Source: Vermamoeba vermiformis (Eukaryota). From it: a stretch of 64,000 nucleotides of DNA. Made by a program: the position numbers and the translations under genes. Below, piece by piece: positions 48,695-60,313 of the stretch. The notes beneath the pieces are model-generated. The model saw nothing but the letters and a program-made list of their open reading frames with translations, did no database searches and was not told where the DNA came from. The DNA lies in the NCBI GenBank assembly GCA_045837725.1, contig JBEWZL010000202.1, positions 434,001-498,000 on the forward strand, in the 5' to 3' direction. The stretch's first letter is position 1, and the number at the start of each line of letters is the position of its first letter.

Positions 48695-50747
48695 TCACAG
48701 GTACTCGTTCTCCTCCATAATACTCTTTCGGTTAGCCATAAACTGGTCTAATTGAGATTTCTTAAAAGAAAAGCCGAGAATATTTCGCTTATCATACAAT
48801 TCGTCGTTACTATTACTTTTAGTCACATCCAGGGCTTGCACTTGTTCGCTAATATCATCCGCTTCTGAAATATCATTTTCTATAATACTCAGCTTTTCAA
48901 TGCTCTTTTGGAGTTCATTCTTGTTAGCTTGCATCTGTAACGGATCCGATCAGTAAGACGTTTATGCGCGAGACGGCGCCAAAGTCACTTTTGCCGTTCA
49001 TGAATGAAGTGTCAACGAGGAACTTACAGAAAAACTTCGCTGTGAAAATTTAGTCTTCCGTCTCGAAGCGGCAGGACTGTACAATCGCTTCGTATTCGGC
49101 GTGTCATTCTCTTTATCGTCTTGCGGCACACCTTCAAAATATGATGTGTCATATTCACTGTCCAACTTTGGCACGAACAGTGGCTTCATGCCGGGCAAAT
49201 TGGACCAATCTACCGTGCTGAAAAACGAATGTGTCTTAATTTGGTCAATGTTATCAACGCCTATCCGGCTAGCAGATGGACTTAGGAACCTAATATATGC
49301 GAATAAAGTTAGCTAGACTGTTAAAAATGAATGGCAAGTCATACTTTTGGATCAGATCCGACGCTTCTGGACTAAAGTTTGGAGTAATGTATTCTTCGAT
49401 TATTTTTGGTAAGTATTCGCTATGGCTCTTAATATTATCGAAAACTTCGTCTGGTGAATTCGCGTAGAACGGTGTGAAGCCCGTTAACATTTCAAAAAAT
49501 ATACACCCGATGGACCACCAATCCACCTCTTTGCCGTAGCCTTGAGCATTGTTGTCGAATGAGCACAGTACCTCAGGGCTCATGTAGTCGGGACTGCCTA
49601 CAATAGAATGTGCCTAAATGTTCGAAAGATGTCATTAGCAAAGTGTCAATATGTCGGCAATCTAAAGGTTGACACGTGTCAAATATGTCAGTCGAAAGTA
49701 CCTTTTGCCGTTTAGACAGTTTCTTCAAAGGCGAATCAAACTCTATATTGATATTGTTAGAATAAATATACGATGAGTTCGAAGCTTTTTACCTTTTTCG
49801 AGCAAATTCGTCCTGGATTCGGAGCGAGGTACATCAGCTTTTGTATTTACAAGTCCTTGATGTTGATGTACAACTCCTTCTTTTGACAATCCAAAATCAG
49901 CTAGTTTTAGATGTCCTTTTTGGTCAATAAGAAAATTGTCTGGCTTGAGATCCCTGCAAACACACGGTGAGTCTTTTAATGGATCAGATTCGGATCTTAT
50001 GTACCTGTGAATATAACCGAGTTGATGTAGCGAATCTACTGCTACTATCATATCAGCTAAATATACTCGTGCTTCATTTTCGGTTAGTGTTTGAAGATCG
50101 TCTAGTAACCTTCGCAGATCTCCGCCAGGGCAGTATTCCTAAGAGCAGATAAATATCTACGTAAAGTCTATGTATTAAATATAGTGCTTACCATTGCTAA
50201 ATAAAGATTCTCCGTATCTTGAAATGAATAAATAAGCTGCACCATGTAATTTGTTAAACCTCTGGCTAAAACGTCTCGTTCGGTCTTAATCGTTCGAAGC
50301 TTCAATGAAATTGCATTTGTTAATTATTATTCGTAATATTTATAGGAATTAATAACGGCGTACCTTATTCTTTTGCCAGATCAAAGACTTTTTCATGATT
50401 TTTAGGGCCAGTATCTCTGTCGTATCTTCTTTCCGACAAAGATAGACCTCCACAAATAAATTAGTACAGGTATAGTATAAATATACGATATCTTACATCG
50501 CCAAATGCCCCTTTTCCAATTTTTTTCAGCAAAGTAAAATCCGCTAGGCAGATCTTCGAAGCATCAGATAACTTCCGCCCTGCGCCATAAATTGTTAATA
50601 AATTCGTATATTGTAATATGTTATTCAGTGTTTGATTTATTACATACGTTTTGGAGACTGATCCACGCGTACAGATGGATCTTCAACGACCTCACTTCGG
50701 AGCCGTTTCCGGTCGTTCTTCGTGGAAATAAATATCGGGCTACTCAT
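48695..50747 (-). CDS. AGC kinase of the NDR/LATS/Dbf2 family
   Basis: [46 protein letters not shown], an activation-segment insert, [20 protein letters not shown] and [12 protein letters not shown]. Confidence 0.9.
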
Positions 50748-50899
50748 TGTTGATTCATCTATATTGATTACGTCGACAATAACAATAAAAATGGAAATCA
50801 GTTGTGATTTTCAATTCAAATTTTTCAGGCCAACTTTTGGCGCCGAAAAAATAGCCGAGGCGAGACCGTTGGGATACAAGTGATTTAATGATTAATATA

Positions 50900-51874
50900 T
50901 TACAAGGCGTCAATATCTATTTTCTTAACTTCAACGCGTCGTTTGTTCTCTTGGTTCTTCGTCCATCCAGAGCACATAGAGCAGCCGCAACCAGGACGAT
51001 TACGACATTGCGTCAGATCCAGCTTTCTTGACTTTTGCTCGACAATAAGGATTCTTTGTTCTTGGTCTTGGTCTTGTTGTTGGTCAGTTTCTTCGTCACT
51101 GGATGCAGATGAGGATGAAGATTCGTTTCCAGCATCTGAACGCGAGCGAGGGCGTCTATTATTATTCGGGCTTAATGTATCTCTTTTTACGCCCTTTTTG
51201 CCCTTGCGTCGCTTTTCTTTGACGTAGAAGCCCTTTCTATTCTCTCCCGACACGTACTCAATCTCCTCTTCCTTTGGCGGTGTCTTTGAAGGTACGCCGT
51301 AAATCTTATTGTATTCTTTTTGTCTTTCGCCCGGACCGATTCGTGGCTTATCGCCTACCACAGCCACACGCGTCGAGTAGTCAACTTCGAAATCTGAAAA
51401 AAATCGTGTCAACGTCAAATTCTAACAAACGTCGATATGATATTTAATTAATTATGACTACTTTAAGGTGATTATGAGCATGTTTAATCGAATAGTAATC
51501 ATTGTAAATGAGCGGAATTCTAAATTTTAAATATTTGTGGGTAAATTGAATTTTAATTAATTTTAGTACGTACCATCTTGTGACCTTCTTAAATTATTAT
51601 GACCGTCTTGATGGGCCGCTTGTTTTTCGACCCACTCCCAATTTTTGCGAGCGTTCAAACTTATGCCCACGGATCTGTCTGCGCCGCGAACACTAACCTG
51701 CCAGTCATTTGGATCCTCTGGTGCTCTGAGCTCGGTAATTGTTTCAGGGTTCTTTCGACGGTTGTAAGCAGCTGTGGCGTTGTACTTGATGGATTTGTTC
51801 GTCTTGTTGCCGTGACGGCCAGCATTTTGCCTGTTACTTGGCTTGGTGTCGAGACTAATCTCGTCGTGCTCCAT
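50900..51874 (-). CDS. Hypothetical low-complexity protein with C-terminal CxxxxxCxCxxC cluster
   Basis: Two long minus-strand ORFs joined by a GT-AG intron; motif CRNRPGCGCSMC. Confidence 0.6.
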
Positions 51875-52268
51875 TATACATATATGAAATTATTAATGAA
51901 AAAAACCCACAAAAGTTCCGTTTTTATCGATTGATTGCCCTGGTTTGGGATCCACAAGCCACATTTCGTGGTCACGGAATGTCTATGGACATCTTTTGCT
52001 CTTAATTGCTGGTAAAGTAGTTAATTACTGATAACCAACCAAAAAAAGTCTGGCAATTGCATTTACAACCTATTAAGGTACTTTTAAGATAACGCATGGT
52101 TTATTCCTTGGGTGTTGTCTTTCCAGTTTCGAACACGAGGAGGTGATTGAACACTTAAGAGGTCCCCTGGCTCGGTTATTGAGAATTCTCGCTGATTTTA
52201 ACCAGTTCTCAATTTCTTCGCCGTTCCAAAAAGACTCGTGCAGGCTTTCTGCATTTTATCACTTTAAG

Positions 52269-53435
52269 ATGGATAATCGACAACAAGCTCCGCCGAGCAA
52301 TAACCCCGCGACTGGGGGCAATCCTAACCCTAACCAAATGGTAAAGTGACACATCTCGGCCAAGATCTTCTTATTGGCTTATTTTTTCTGAAGAATAATG
52401 CGTTATATTTTATTGTAATATTAACGGCAGCTGAGAAAATATTGACGGAGTATTTTAGCCACCAAATCCAGCCAATCGCCAGATCACTCTTAGCAAAGAA
52501 GAAATCAAGGCTGTAAGTTACTATACAATTTATTTAAGTAATATTACAAATTAATACGGCTCAGGTTGAATTTTAACTCGACGCTGTGTTTAATATTTAA
52601 TTTTCCACCAGATTCAAACCCTTATCGAGCGGTGTCTACAACAATATTTGAGCAAATCGGAAGTAATTGCTGCATTAAAAAATCAAGCACAAATTGAACC
52701 TCAATTCACTGAGTTAGGTAAGCGCGATTAAGCTAGATTCAGAGATGTCAAAGTGCAAATTTGTTACAACCCCACCGAAATAATTTTAAGGCTTAATGAA
52801 TGACTCAATTTGCGAGCTAATTAAGTAATTGGAAATTTTAACTAACAAACATTTTAACTAATTTTCTGCATCGCTTTAGTTTGGAATAAGCTTGAAGAGC
52901 AAAACAAAGACTTTTTCAAAGCTTATCATATGCGCTTGAAAGTGAAGGACCAAATTCAAGCGTTCAACTACTTGGTGCAAGAACAAGCCACGATCCTCAA
53001 TCCTCGTGGTGGCATGTACAATTACAATCAAAATCCACCGTTCAATTCTCCTTCTGCACAAATGAGCCCACACCCTCAGTCACCCCGTAAGTGATTTATC
53101 ACATAATCAAAATATACAATGACTACAGTGCCACCGGAACTGGCTCACTTATCGTGGTCCACATCCGTCACTTGAGCACACATATGCTCTTAGTTTAAGT
53201 TAGATTTATCATATAATCTCACTTTATAGATCAATTTGTTATTGTTTACAGTGGTGCAAAACAATTAGGCTTCATCGGAAATTAAATTTTTGCTCCTCTG
53301 AGCGCGTGACTTTTGGCCTGCTGCTCGTACTTACTTGATGAATTACAGCGTTATTAATGTATATTTATTATAGACCCCATCACCCCTGGCGGAATCAATC
53401 CGCACAGCCCTGCCTTGCATCACTCCATGTCGTAA
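52269..53435 (+). CDS. A_thal_3526 (TIGR01589-type) domain protein
   Basis: Spliced IQTLIERCLQQYLSKSEVIAALKNQAQIEPQFTELVWNKLEEQNKDFFKAYHMRLKVKDQIQAFNYL. Confidence 0.8.
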
Positions 53436-53788
53436 GTACTGGTACCCAACCGGCTGCTGTACGAGGGTTCTAACGGATCCTGTGTTAGAGATAGTAACAT
53501 AATGGACTCTTCGTAAATATTCTCCTCGAGGGTCATGTTGTATTATAGAACGGAGACTAGTATTTATTCTGCAATGTAGCGAATTGTAGTAATTTTTTTG
53601 TACAAATTTGTTTTTACCACGAACATAAATCTACCTGTTTATAGCAATGCGCAAGATGACACCGTATTATGCAATTAATGACTAAGAATAGAATGATATC
53701 CTATAATTCGTGGACGTTGCCCAGTTAAAAATTATTTTATAAATTCGCACGATCCAGGAACACCACAATTCGAAAGATGACGTAAACA

Positions 53789-56700
53789 ATGGAATTGGCT
53801 AACAAAGTTCAAGAAAATGTTAACGATGACTCCATACGGGAGACCTTCCGTGCACTGAAGCCGCTCTGCGTCCAGATCTTGGATCAGAAGGTAAAATTAC
53901 CCAAAATAATTGAATAATATTTTTAATATTATATCCAATGAAATATAAATGGTTTTACGTCAGCCTGAGTCCATTTGAACGCTGTAAATTATTTTACGAA
54001 TTTTTTTGAAAATTATGACGCGGCTTTTCTCCTTGCAAGAGTACCACCGAATTCTTATCAATATATCTATGCAGTTCGAGACGCCCGAAGATTGTGCCCA
54101 GTTGAGCATTAAAATCAACAAATTGACAGAAGTGCTGCCCTCTCTGCCGGAACGAGGTCTGTCAATACTGCGCATATTAATTAATTTCAATATTTTATTA
54201 ATATGAATATTTGTTAATAGGTTTAAAAGCGTGTGCCGATTATTTACTGTTTCCGCTTGCTACCCTGACCAAATTTATCACGATGAAACCTCCCACAAGC
54301 GGATCTGAGTACGCGATTACATCACTTCACGTTACTTATATTAACACGTCTTCAGGGCCCAGGCGAATCCTTCAAATATAATTGGCATTGACAGAGTATT
54401 AGAGTCGCTCTTGTCGTGTCTGGCAATTGTTTTTGCACGGGCCGGACCTTGGTCCAACCGCACATTGATCGACATGTTGCAACTCTTCTTGCGCATTCTT
54501 GACATTGAATCGAGTTTGAACTCGAACAAGACCACAAGTACGTATCATTTTTGTTATATGATGATGATTAATATGCAATCTATCAGGCCTGATGGACGCG
54601 CAAAGGTTCCTATCAGACGATAGCAAAATATCACTGCTCGAATGTCTCACTCAACTATTCACGAACTACGTGAACAAGACACGTGACAACAAAGGTCTAA
54701 CGAAGATATTACCCAGTGATGAGTCTGCCAATGTTCTACGAGCTGATGAGATGCTGCCAACTTTAGGGTATGTAGTAGCAAGAAGCATCGAATTATACTT
54801 AATGAGGTAATAGATACGCGGTATTCAAAGTGCTTGAATTCGCGGCCAAAGAAAAGAACAGAGATCTGCAGCTGAAAGCATTGGAGACTATGCGCGAGAT
54901 TGAATTAGCTATCAATGACATAGGTTCGTAATATCACTATGATAACGTACATATGACTAACGGGTCTCAGATATTATTGCGAGTTTTCTGCCTGGTATTG
55001 TTGGTGCCATGTCGACAATTATCAACGGAGATTTCAAGCAAGGTCAAAAAGTGTTTGTGGCAGCCATTGAAGTGTTGCAGCAGTCAGTGTGCTTCACATT
55101 GAATGACAACGACAACGCGACTTTGATTCAAGAAAACACGCCTCAAAACCCACGTGACTTTTTATCGCAGCTGTTCTTCAAACAAGCAAATGATAAGTCA
55201 ATTGAGGGCGAGGCTTCTGATTCAGTGAAACAATCTGCAAATGACAAGCCGGAAGAAGCCGGTGCCGAGACTAGTCAACGCAAAATCAACAAAGTGAAGC
55301 GTGACTCAGAGTGGTACAACAAGGCTATTCCTAATATAGGCAAGATTTTGTCGAAGATTTTTTCAATATCGAACCAGCCGATCAATCCCAACGGCATGAG
55401 ATCTCAATCGAGTGTTGCGCTGTTGTGGCGACCAATCGCGTATGATAATTGGCAAGTCAGAAAGTCACTCGTCATCTGTGCCACTCAAATTGCAAAAAGC
55501 TGCTCGAAGACTCTGCAGCAGACTCTACCTGCCTTGATCGAGGTAACAACTCTCACAGCGGACATTCCATCGACAACGCCTAATACGTGTTACAGGTCGT
55601 CATCTTGCACTTGGAAGATGATTACCCGCAAGTCTCGAGCACTAGTCGCGAATCATTGCACGTGTTCTTTTCAATGATCTCGAACGAAGCAGGCAAGTTT
55701 TATTCATAAACGGTACTTAGTGTTTGGTATTGACCACGTGGTAGATTCGAATAAGAGTTTCAGTGAACTACTGTCACAAGCCACGGCGAACGCCAAACTT
55801 CGTGAGCTGTTGGAAGAAAATTTCAACAAAGTTATCAACTCGTTGCCACGACTGATCCGAGACCCCGATGACGTGAACAAGTTGCTGACACTTCGTTTGG
55901 CATCGGGGTACATTCAACTGCTGCAAAGGCACTTGAAGTTCATTCTTGGCGCCAACTTGACACGCTTGTCGGTGGCACTCTTCGAGATCTTGGAGTTTGA
56001 TATTTTCGACGTGCGTATTGTAGAACAACGCACAATGACGAACATGCTCGAGCACGTGTCAAATCCACAGTTGACATTCGAATCAGGTGACACGCAGCTG
56101 GCCAAGGCCTCTTCAAACACGAGCACAGAGATCACTTCAGCGAGATTTCGATTGATCAATGCGCAGAGAAACAACTTCAAGCACTTCAGATCAGAAGATG
56201 TCACGAAGCAAATAATCCGTTTGTGTCGTCTACTTGGAAGGTACGGCGATCCAATGGCATTGGCGGATCATTTCGTGACCCTGGCAAAGACGCACGTCAG
56301 TTCCAAAGCACGCAAACAGAGTGTGTTCATTCTCAATCAACTCGCATTGGGCTGTGCAGGACTTGGCTTAGAGAACGTTGATAACGCTAGTATCAATCCA
56401 CAGGACTCAAAAGATCTCGCGACATTCATTCTCGACGAATACTTGAGCAAAGAGCTGTGGAACTCAAACGAGTACTCCGTGAGTGAAAGCAGCGAGAATG
56501 TCATGGCCAAAGAGAATGACTATATTATTCTGTCAAGTTTGTTACTTGAAGGTGTCGGGTACTTCGCGAAGGTAGGGCTAAAACACTAGTATAATCATGT
56601 GTGTCGCGTCCACTGACTCAAAACAGATCGTGGGACCTGGGTTCACGGATCAGTTGCAGAAGTGCTTGTATCCAATCTTAGAGAAACTCGGTGAGTCAAG

Positions 56701-58391
56701 CGATATTATCAGCCAATCAGCATTTGCGACCTTGGAAATGATTGCTGAGACTTGTGGGTAAGTCACGTCAAATCCATTCTTTCGGATCGGATCTCAGATC
56801 TGTCTAGGTACGCCTCGGTGAAAGAGTTGTTACAAAAGAACATTGACTACGTAGTCAATGCAATCAGCAATCAGCTCCGATACGCAGAAATGAACGTGAG
56901 CTCGTTGAAAGTGTTGTTTGGAATCCTCAATTTCTCAGGTACGCTGTAGTTTTCAGTGACACGTGTCAAATCTGAGTGTCAGTATTAATTACATGTCTTT
57001 TGCAGGTCAAGAGATCGTGTTGATGCTCGATGATATTCTCGATGATCTGTTCAAAGGCCTCGTGTCCAGCAAAGCAGTTGAGTTCAGAAAACCACTGCTG
57101 AAGATTCTGCACGGCATTGTGGACATTATTTGCAAAGAGATGATGAATTACTCGAAAGTTGAAAAGACTAACAAAGTCAGTTTGAAAAGTTTTGTACTGG
57201 AAAAGATTCGAGAACGAAGGGAGTACTTGGCTGAGCGACAAAAGACTGCCGAGAATTTTGAAGAGATTAAAGAGTACTTTTCAGAATATCACAAGAAAAA
57301 ACAAGATGAAGAGACGTCACGTGAGGACCAGCTCGAAGAGATCAATGACGGCATGAACAAAGACGACGATGAAGGTACGTAACATTCTCGAGAGCGTTGA
57401 CCAAGTTTGACCAACATTTTTATTGCCGCAGAATCGTTACAACTCGTGAGAGCAGGTCAACAAGTGCTTCTCGACGCAGACAAGATGCGCATCAAGCGAC
57501 AGTTCCAGTTCGTGACCAACATCTTGCTGACAGCCAGCAACTACTTGGCCACAAAGTCCGCTGAGACACGCGTACTCGTGCTTGACATTATGGAGCGCGG
57601 TGTGAAGGCACTTGCGTATGACTCGAGCAACTTGCTGCCAACAGTGCACAAGCTGTGGGAACCAATGAAACCGAGGTAAGTTCAGCGCTCAGTCCTACTT
57701 TCCAAATATGGTAAAGACGTATCATAACCACGTGACTGTTCGTAGGTTCGTAGATGAAGATCCACGTGTGCTCGCCAAGTCAATGAACGTGATGGAAGTG
57801 TTCAGTCAGATCTCACAAGACTTCTTGACACGCAAGTTCTCAGAGGACTTGTGGCCATTCATCAAACGCAAGATTCAACAGTTTGACACGAGCACGCATG
57901 CAGGCAAGAAGTACATTGCGACGCTGAACGAAGCGAGTCAATACACGAACACGTACAGCTTGCACAACACGCTGCAGTACAGCACGCCGATCAAAATGCA
58001 ACACGCCATGCTCGTGTGCTTGACAGCCGCAGCCAAGTTCGTGCCAGTATTTGACAAGGACCTGCACGACATTGTGAACACGTGTCGCTTCTTGCTGAGT
58101 GAGGCACAGCCAAAAGAAGTGCGTGTCAAAGCCATCGAACTGTACGCACAGTTGCGATCACGTGACGAGAACTACGTGTGGTGGACTTTGTCAAGGCTCG
58201 CAAACAACAACTTGCACGAACCACCTGCGAGCAACAACAGCGCTAATAACAGCTGTGGCTTGGAGACGATCAACTTGACGTATTTGCAAAGTGAATCGAG
58301 CGTTGACCCGTTGATGCAACAAGTGCCAATTGGACTGACGCAGAACCTGTACGAGCGATCATACGAGCAAGTGTTCAGTAAATCAATGTAA
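53789..58391 (+). CDS. TTI1: TELO2-interacting protein 1 (TTT complex), HEAT repeats
   Basis: FRALKPLCV, ADYLLFPL, ASFLPGIV, GDFKQG, LYPILEKLG, NIDYVVN and LLPTVHKLW. Confidence 0.88.
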
Positions 58392-58440
58392 ATATTTAAT
58401 GCACCAGAAAGATCTTCCAGGCCTTGTCTTCACTTTATTA

Positions 58441-59916
58441 CTAACTCGTTTGTGGTTTATTTTTCAGCTCAATTTCGTACTTCCAATCAAGGTACGCTTG
58501 GTCATTAGGACACAGTTTGAGAAGTTGTGTGACATCTGCGAGTGCTCTTGTATAGTCCAAGAGATAATACCTGACCTTTGAACGCTGAAACAGATTGAAT
58601 GCGTTGCTAGGATCGAGCTCATCTGCTCTGTTGAAGTCTGCAAGTGCTCCGTTCAAGTCACCCAGCTTTTGTTTTGTTGCGGCTCGGCCCTGAATCGTGA
58701 ATGCATCGTTTGGTTGCAACTGATCGGCTCTGTTGAAATCTTCAAGTGCTCCCTCGTAGTCGCCTAGATATCGTTTTGTTTCTCCTCGGTGACGCAGAGC
58801 GAAAGCATTGTTTGGCTGCAACTCATCGGACTTATTCAAGTCTTCAAGAGCTCCTTCATTATCACCCAGCATTTGTTTTGTTGCGCCTAAGTACCGAAGA
58901 GTGGTTGCATCGTTCGGTTGTAATTCATTAGCTCTGTTCAGGTCTTCAAGTGCTCCTTCATAGTCATCAAGCCTTCGTTTTACGTGTCCCCGTTGTTGAA
59001 GGGTGAGCGCGTTGTTCGGTTCAATTGCATCAGCTCTGTTCAAGTCCTCAAGTGCGCTGTTGTAATCACCAAGCGCTGTTTTCGTTAGTCCTCGAGCCTT
59101 AAGAGTAGCTGCATTATTTGGTTGTAATTCATCGGCTCTGTTTGAATCTGAAAGTGCTCCGGAGTAATCACCAAGTAAATGCCTCGTAATTGCTCGATGA
59201 CGTATCGTGAAGGTATCATTCGGTCGTAATGCATCAGCTCTGTTCAGGTCTTCAAGTGCGCCTTCATGATCATCAAGCATTTGTTTTGTTGCTCCTCGAA
59301 TAGAAAGAGTGTACGCATTGTTTGGTTCTAACTCGTCAGATCTGTTGAAATCTTCAAGTGCTCCTTCCAAGTCTTCGAGCTTTCGTTTTATTTTTCCGCG
59401 AATTTGAAGAGTGGATGCATCCTTTGGATTTAACTGATCAACTCTGTTCAAGTCTTCAAGTGCTCCGTTCAAGTCACCGAGCTTGTTTTTTGTTTCTCCT
59501 CGGCTTTGAAGAGTAAATACGTTGTTAGGCTCAATCTCATCAGATCTGTTGAAATCTTCAAGTGCGCCTTCGTAGTCATCAAGCATTCGTTTTGCTTCTC
59601 CGCGATAACGAAGAGTGAATGCATCATTTGGCTCTAATTCATCAGCTCTATTTAAGTCTTCAAGAGCCCCTTCATCATCTTCAAGCATTTGTTTTGTCGA
59701 TGCTCGAGTCTTTAGAGTGAATGTGTTGTTTGGTTGTAATTCATCAGCTTTGTTCAAGTTTTCGAGTGCTGCGGAATAATCATTTAAACAATACAAAACT
59801 TTGGCGCGCTTTTTGATTACTTGGACGTCGTTTGGTTTTACCGACAGCAACTCGTTCAACGCTACTAGTGCTTCATTGTACTTTTTTTTGTTTATCAATT
59901 CGTTGATCTCATTCAT
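58441..59916 (-). CDS. Intronless TPR-repeat protein (about 13-14 34-aa repeats)
   Basis: 491-aa ORF of repeated RG.TK..LGDYEGALEDLNRADELQPNNAFTL units. Confidence 0.9.
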   Translation of the reverse strand: MNEINELINKKKYNEALVALNELLSVKPNDVQVIKKRAKVLYCLNDYSAALENLNKADELQPNNTFTLKTRASTKQMLEDDEGALEDLNRADELEPNDAFTLRYRGEAKRMLDDYEGALEDFNRSDEIEPNNVFTLQSRGETKNKLGDLNGALEDLNRVDQLNPKDASTLQIRGKIKRKLEDLEGALEDFNRSDELEPNNAYTLSIRGATKQMLDDHEGALEDLNRADALRPNDTFTIRHRAITRHLLGDYSGALSDSNRADELQPNNAATLKARGLTKTALGDYNSALEDLNRADAIEPNNALTLQQRGHVKRRLDDYEGALEDLNRANELQPNDATTLRYLGATKQMLGDNEGALEDLNKSDELQPNNAFALRHRGETKRYLGDYEGALEDFNRADQLQPNDAFTIQGRAATKQKLGDLNGALADFNRADELDPSNAFNLFQRSKVRYYLLDYTRALADVTQLLKLCPNDQAYLDWKYEIELKNKPQTS

Positions 59917-60313
59917 TCCAAGTGCCTGTATAAATGGTTATTAATTCGTTTCCTTTCTCAAACGCAAGAACTATTTTATAATTGCAAAAATATATAATCG
60001 ACCCCGTATTAATACGAAATCGGTTACAAATAGATGTAAATCAGGTCTAAATGGAGAATATTTTTGATGTTTTGGGTGAATTATTTAATTCTTTCTTACC
60101 TACATGAAAAGCTTTGCCTTTTGCTCTTACTTGTGCGCTAACAACTATTATTTAACTAGGAATATTGGCTCGGCAGTCGTGGTCTTCGCTTGCAAGTGTC
60201 AAATACATCTGGCAGAAACTGACATCCCAGATTTTTAGCCCGCGCAACAAAAAACTGCGCCGCGAAAGGCAAAATGAATAAATTACTTGCCTTTCTCTGA
60301 ATTGCAACTAGAT

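Noticed and set aside
50748-51874. Upstream ORFs as an N-terminal extension of the NDR kinase
   Set aside because: The ORF ends in TAA at 50900 and the splice phases do not match, so I treated it as a separate gene.
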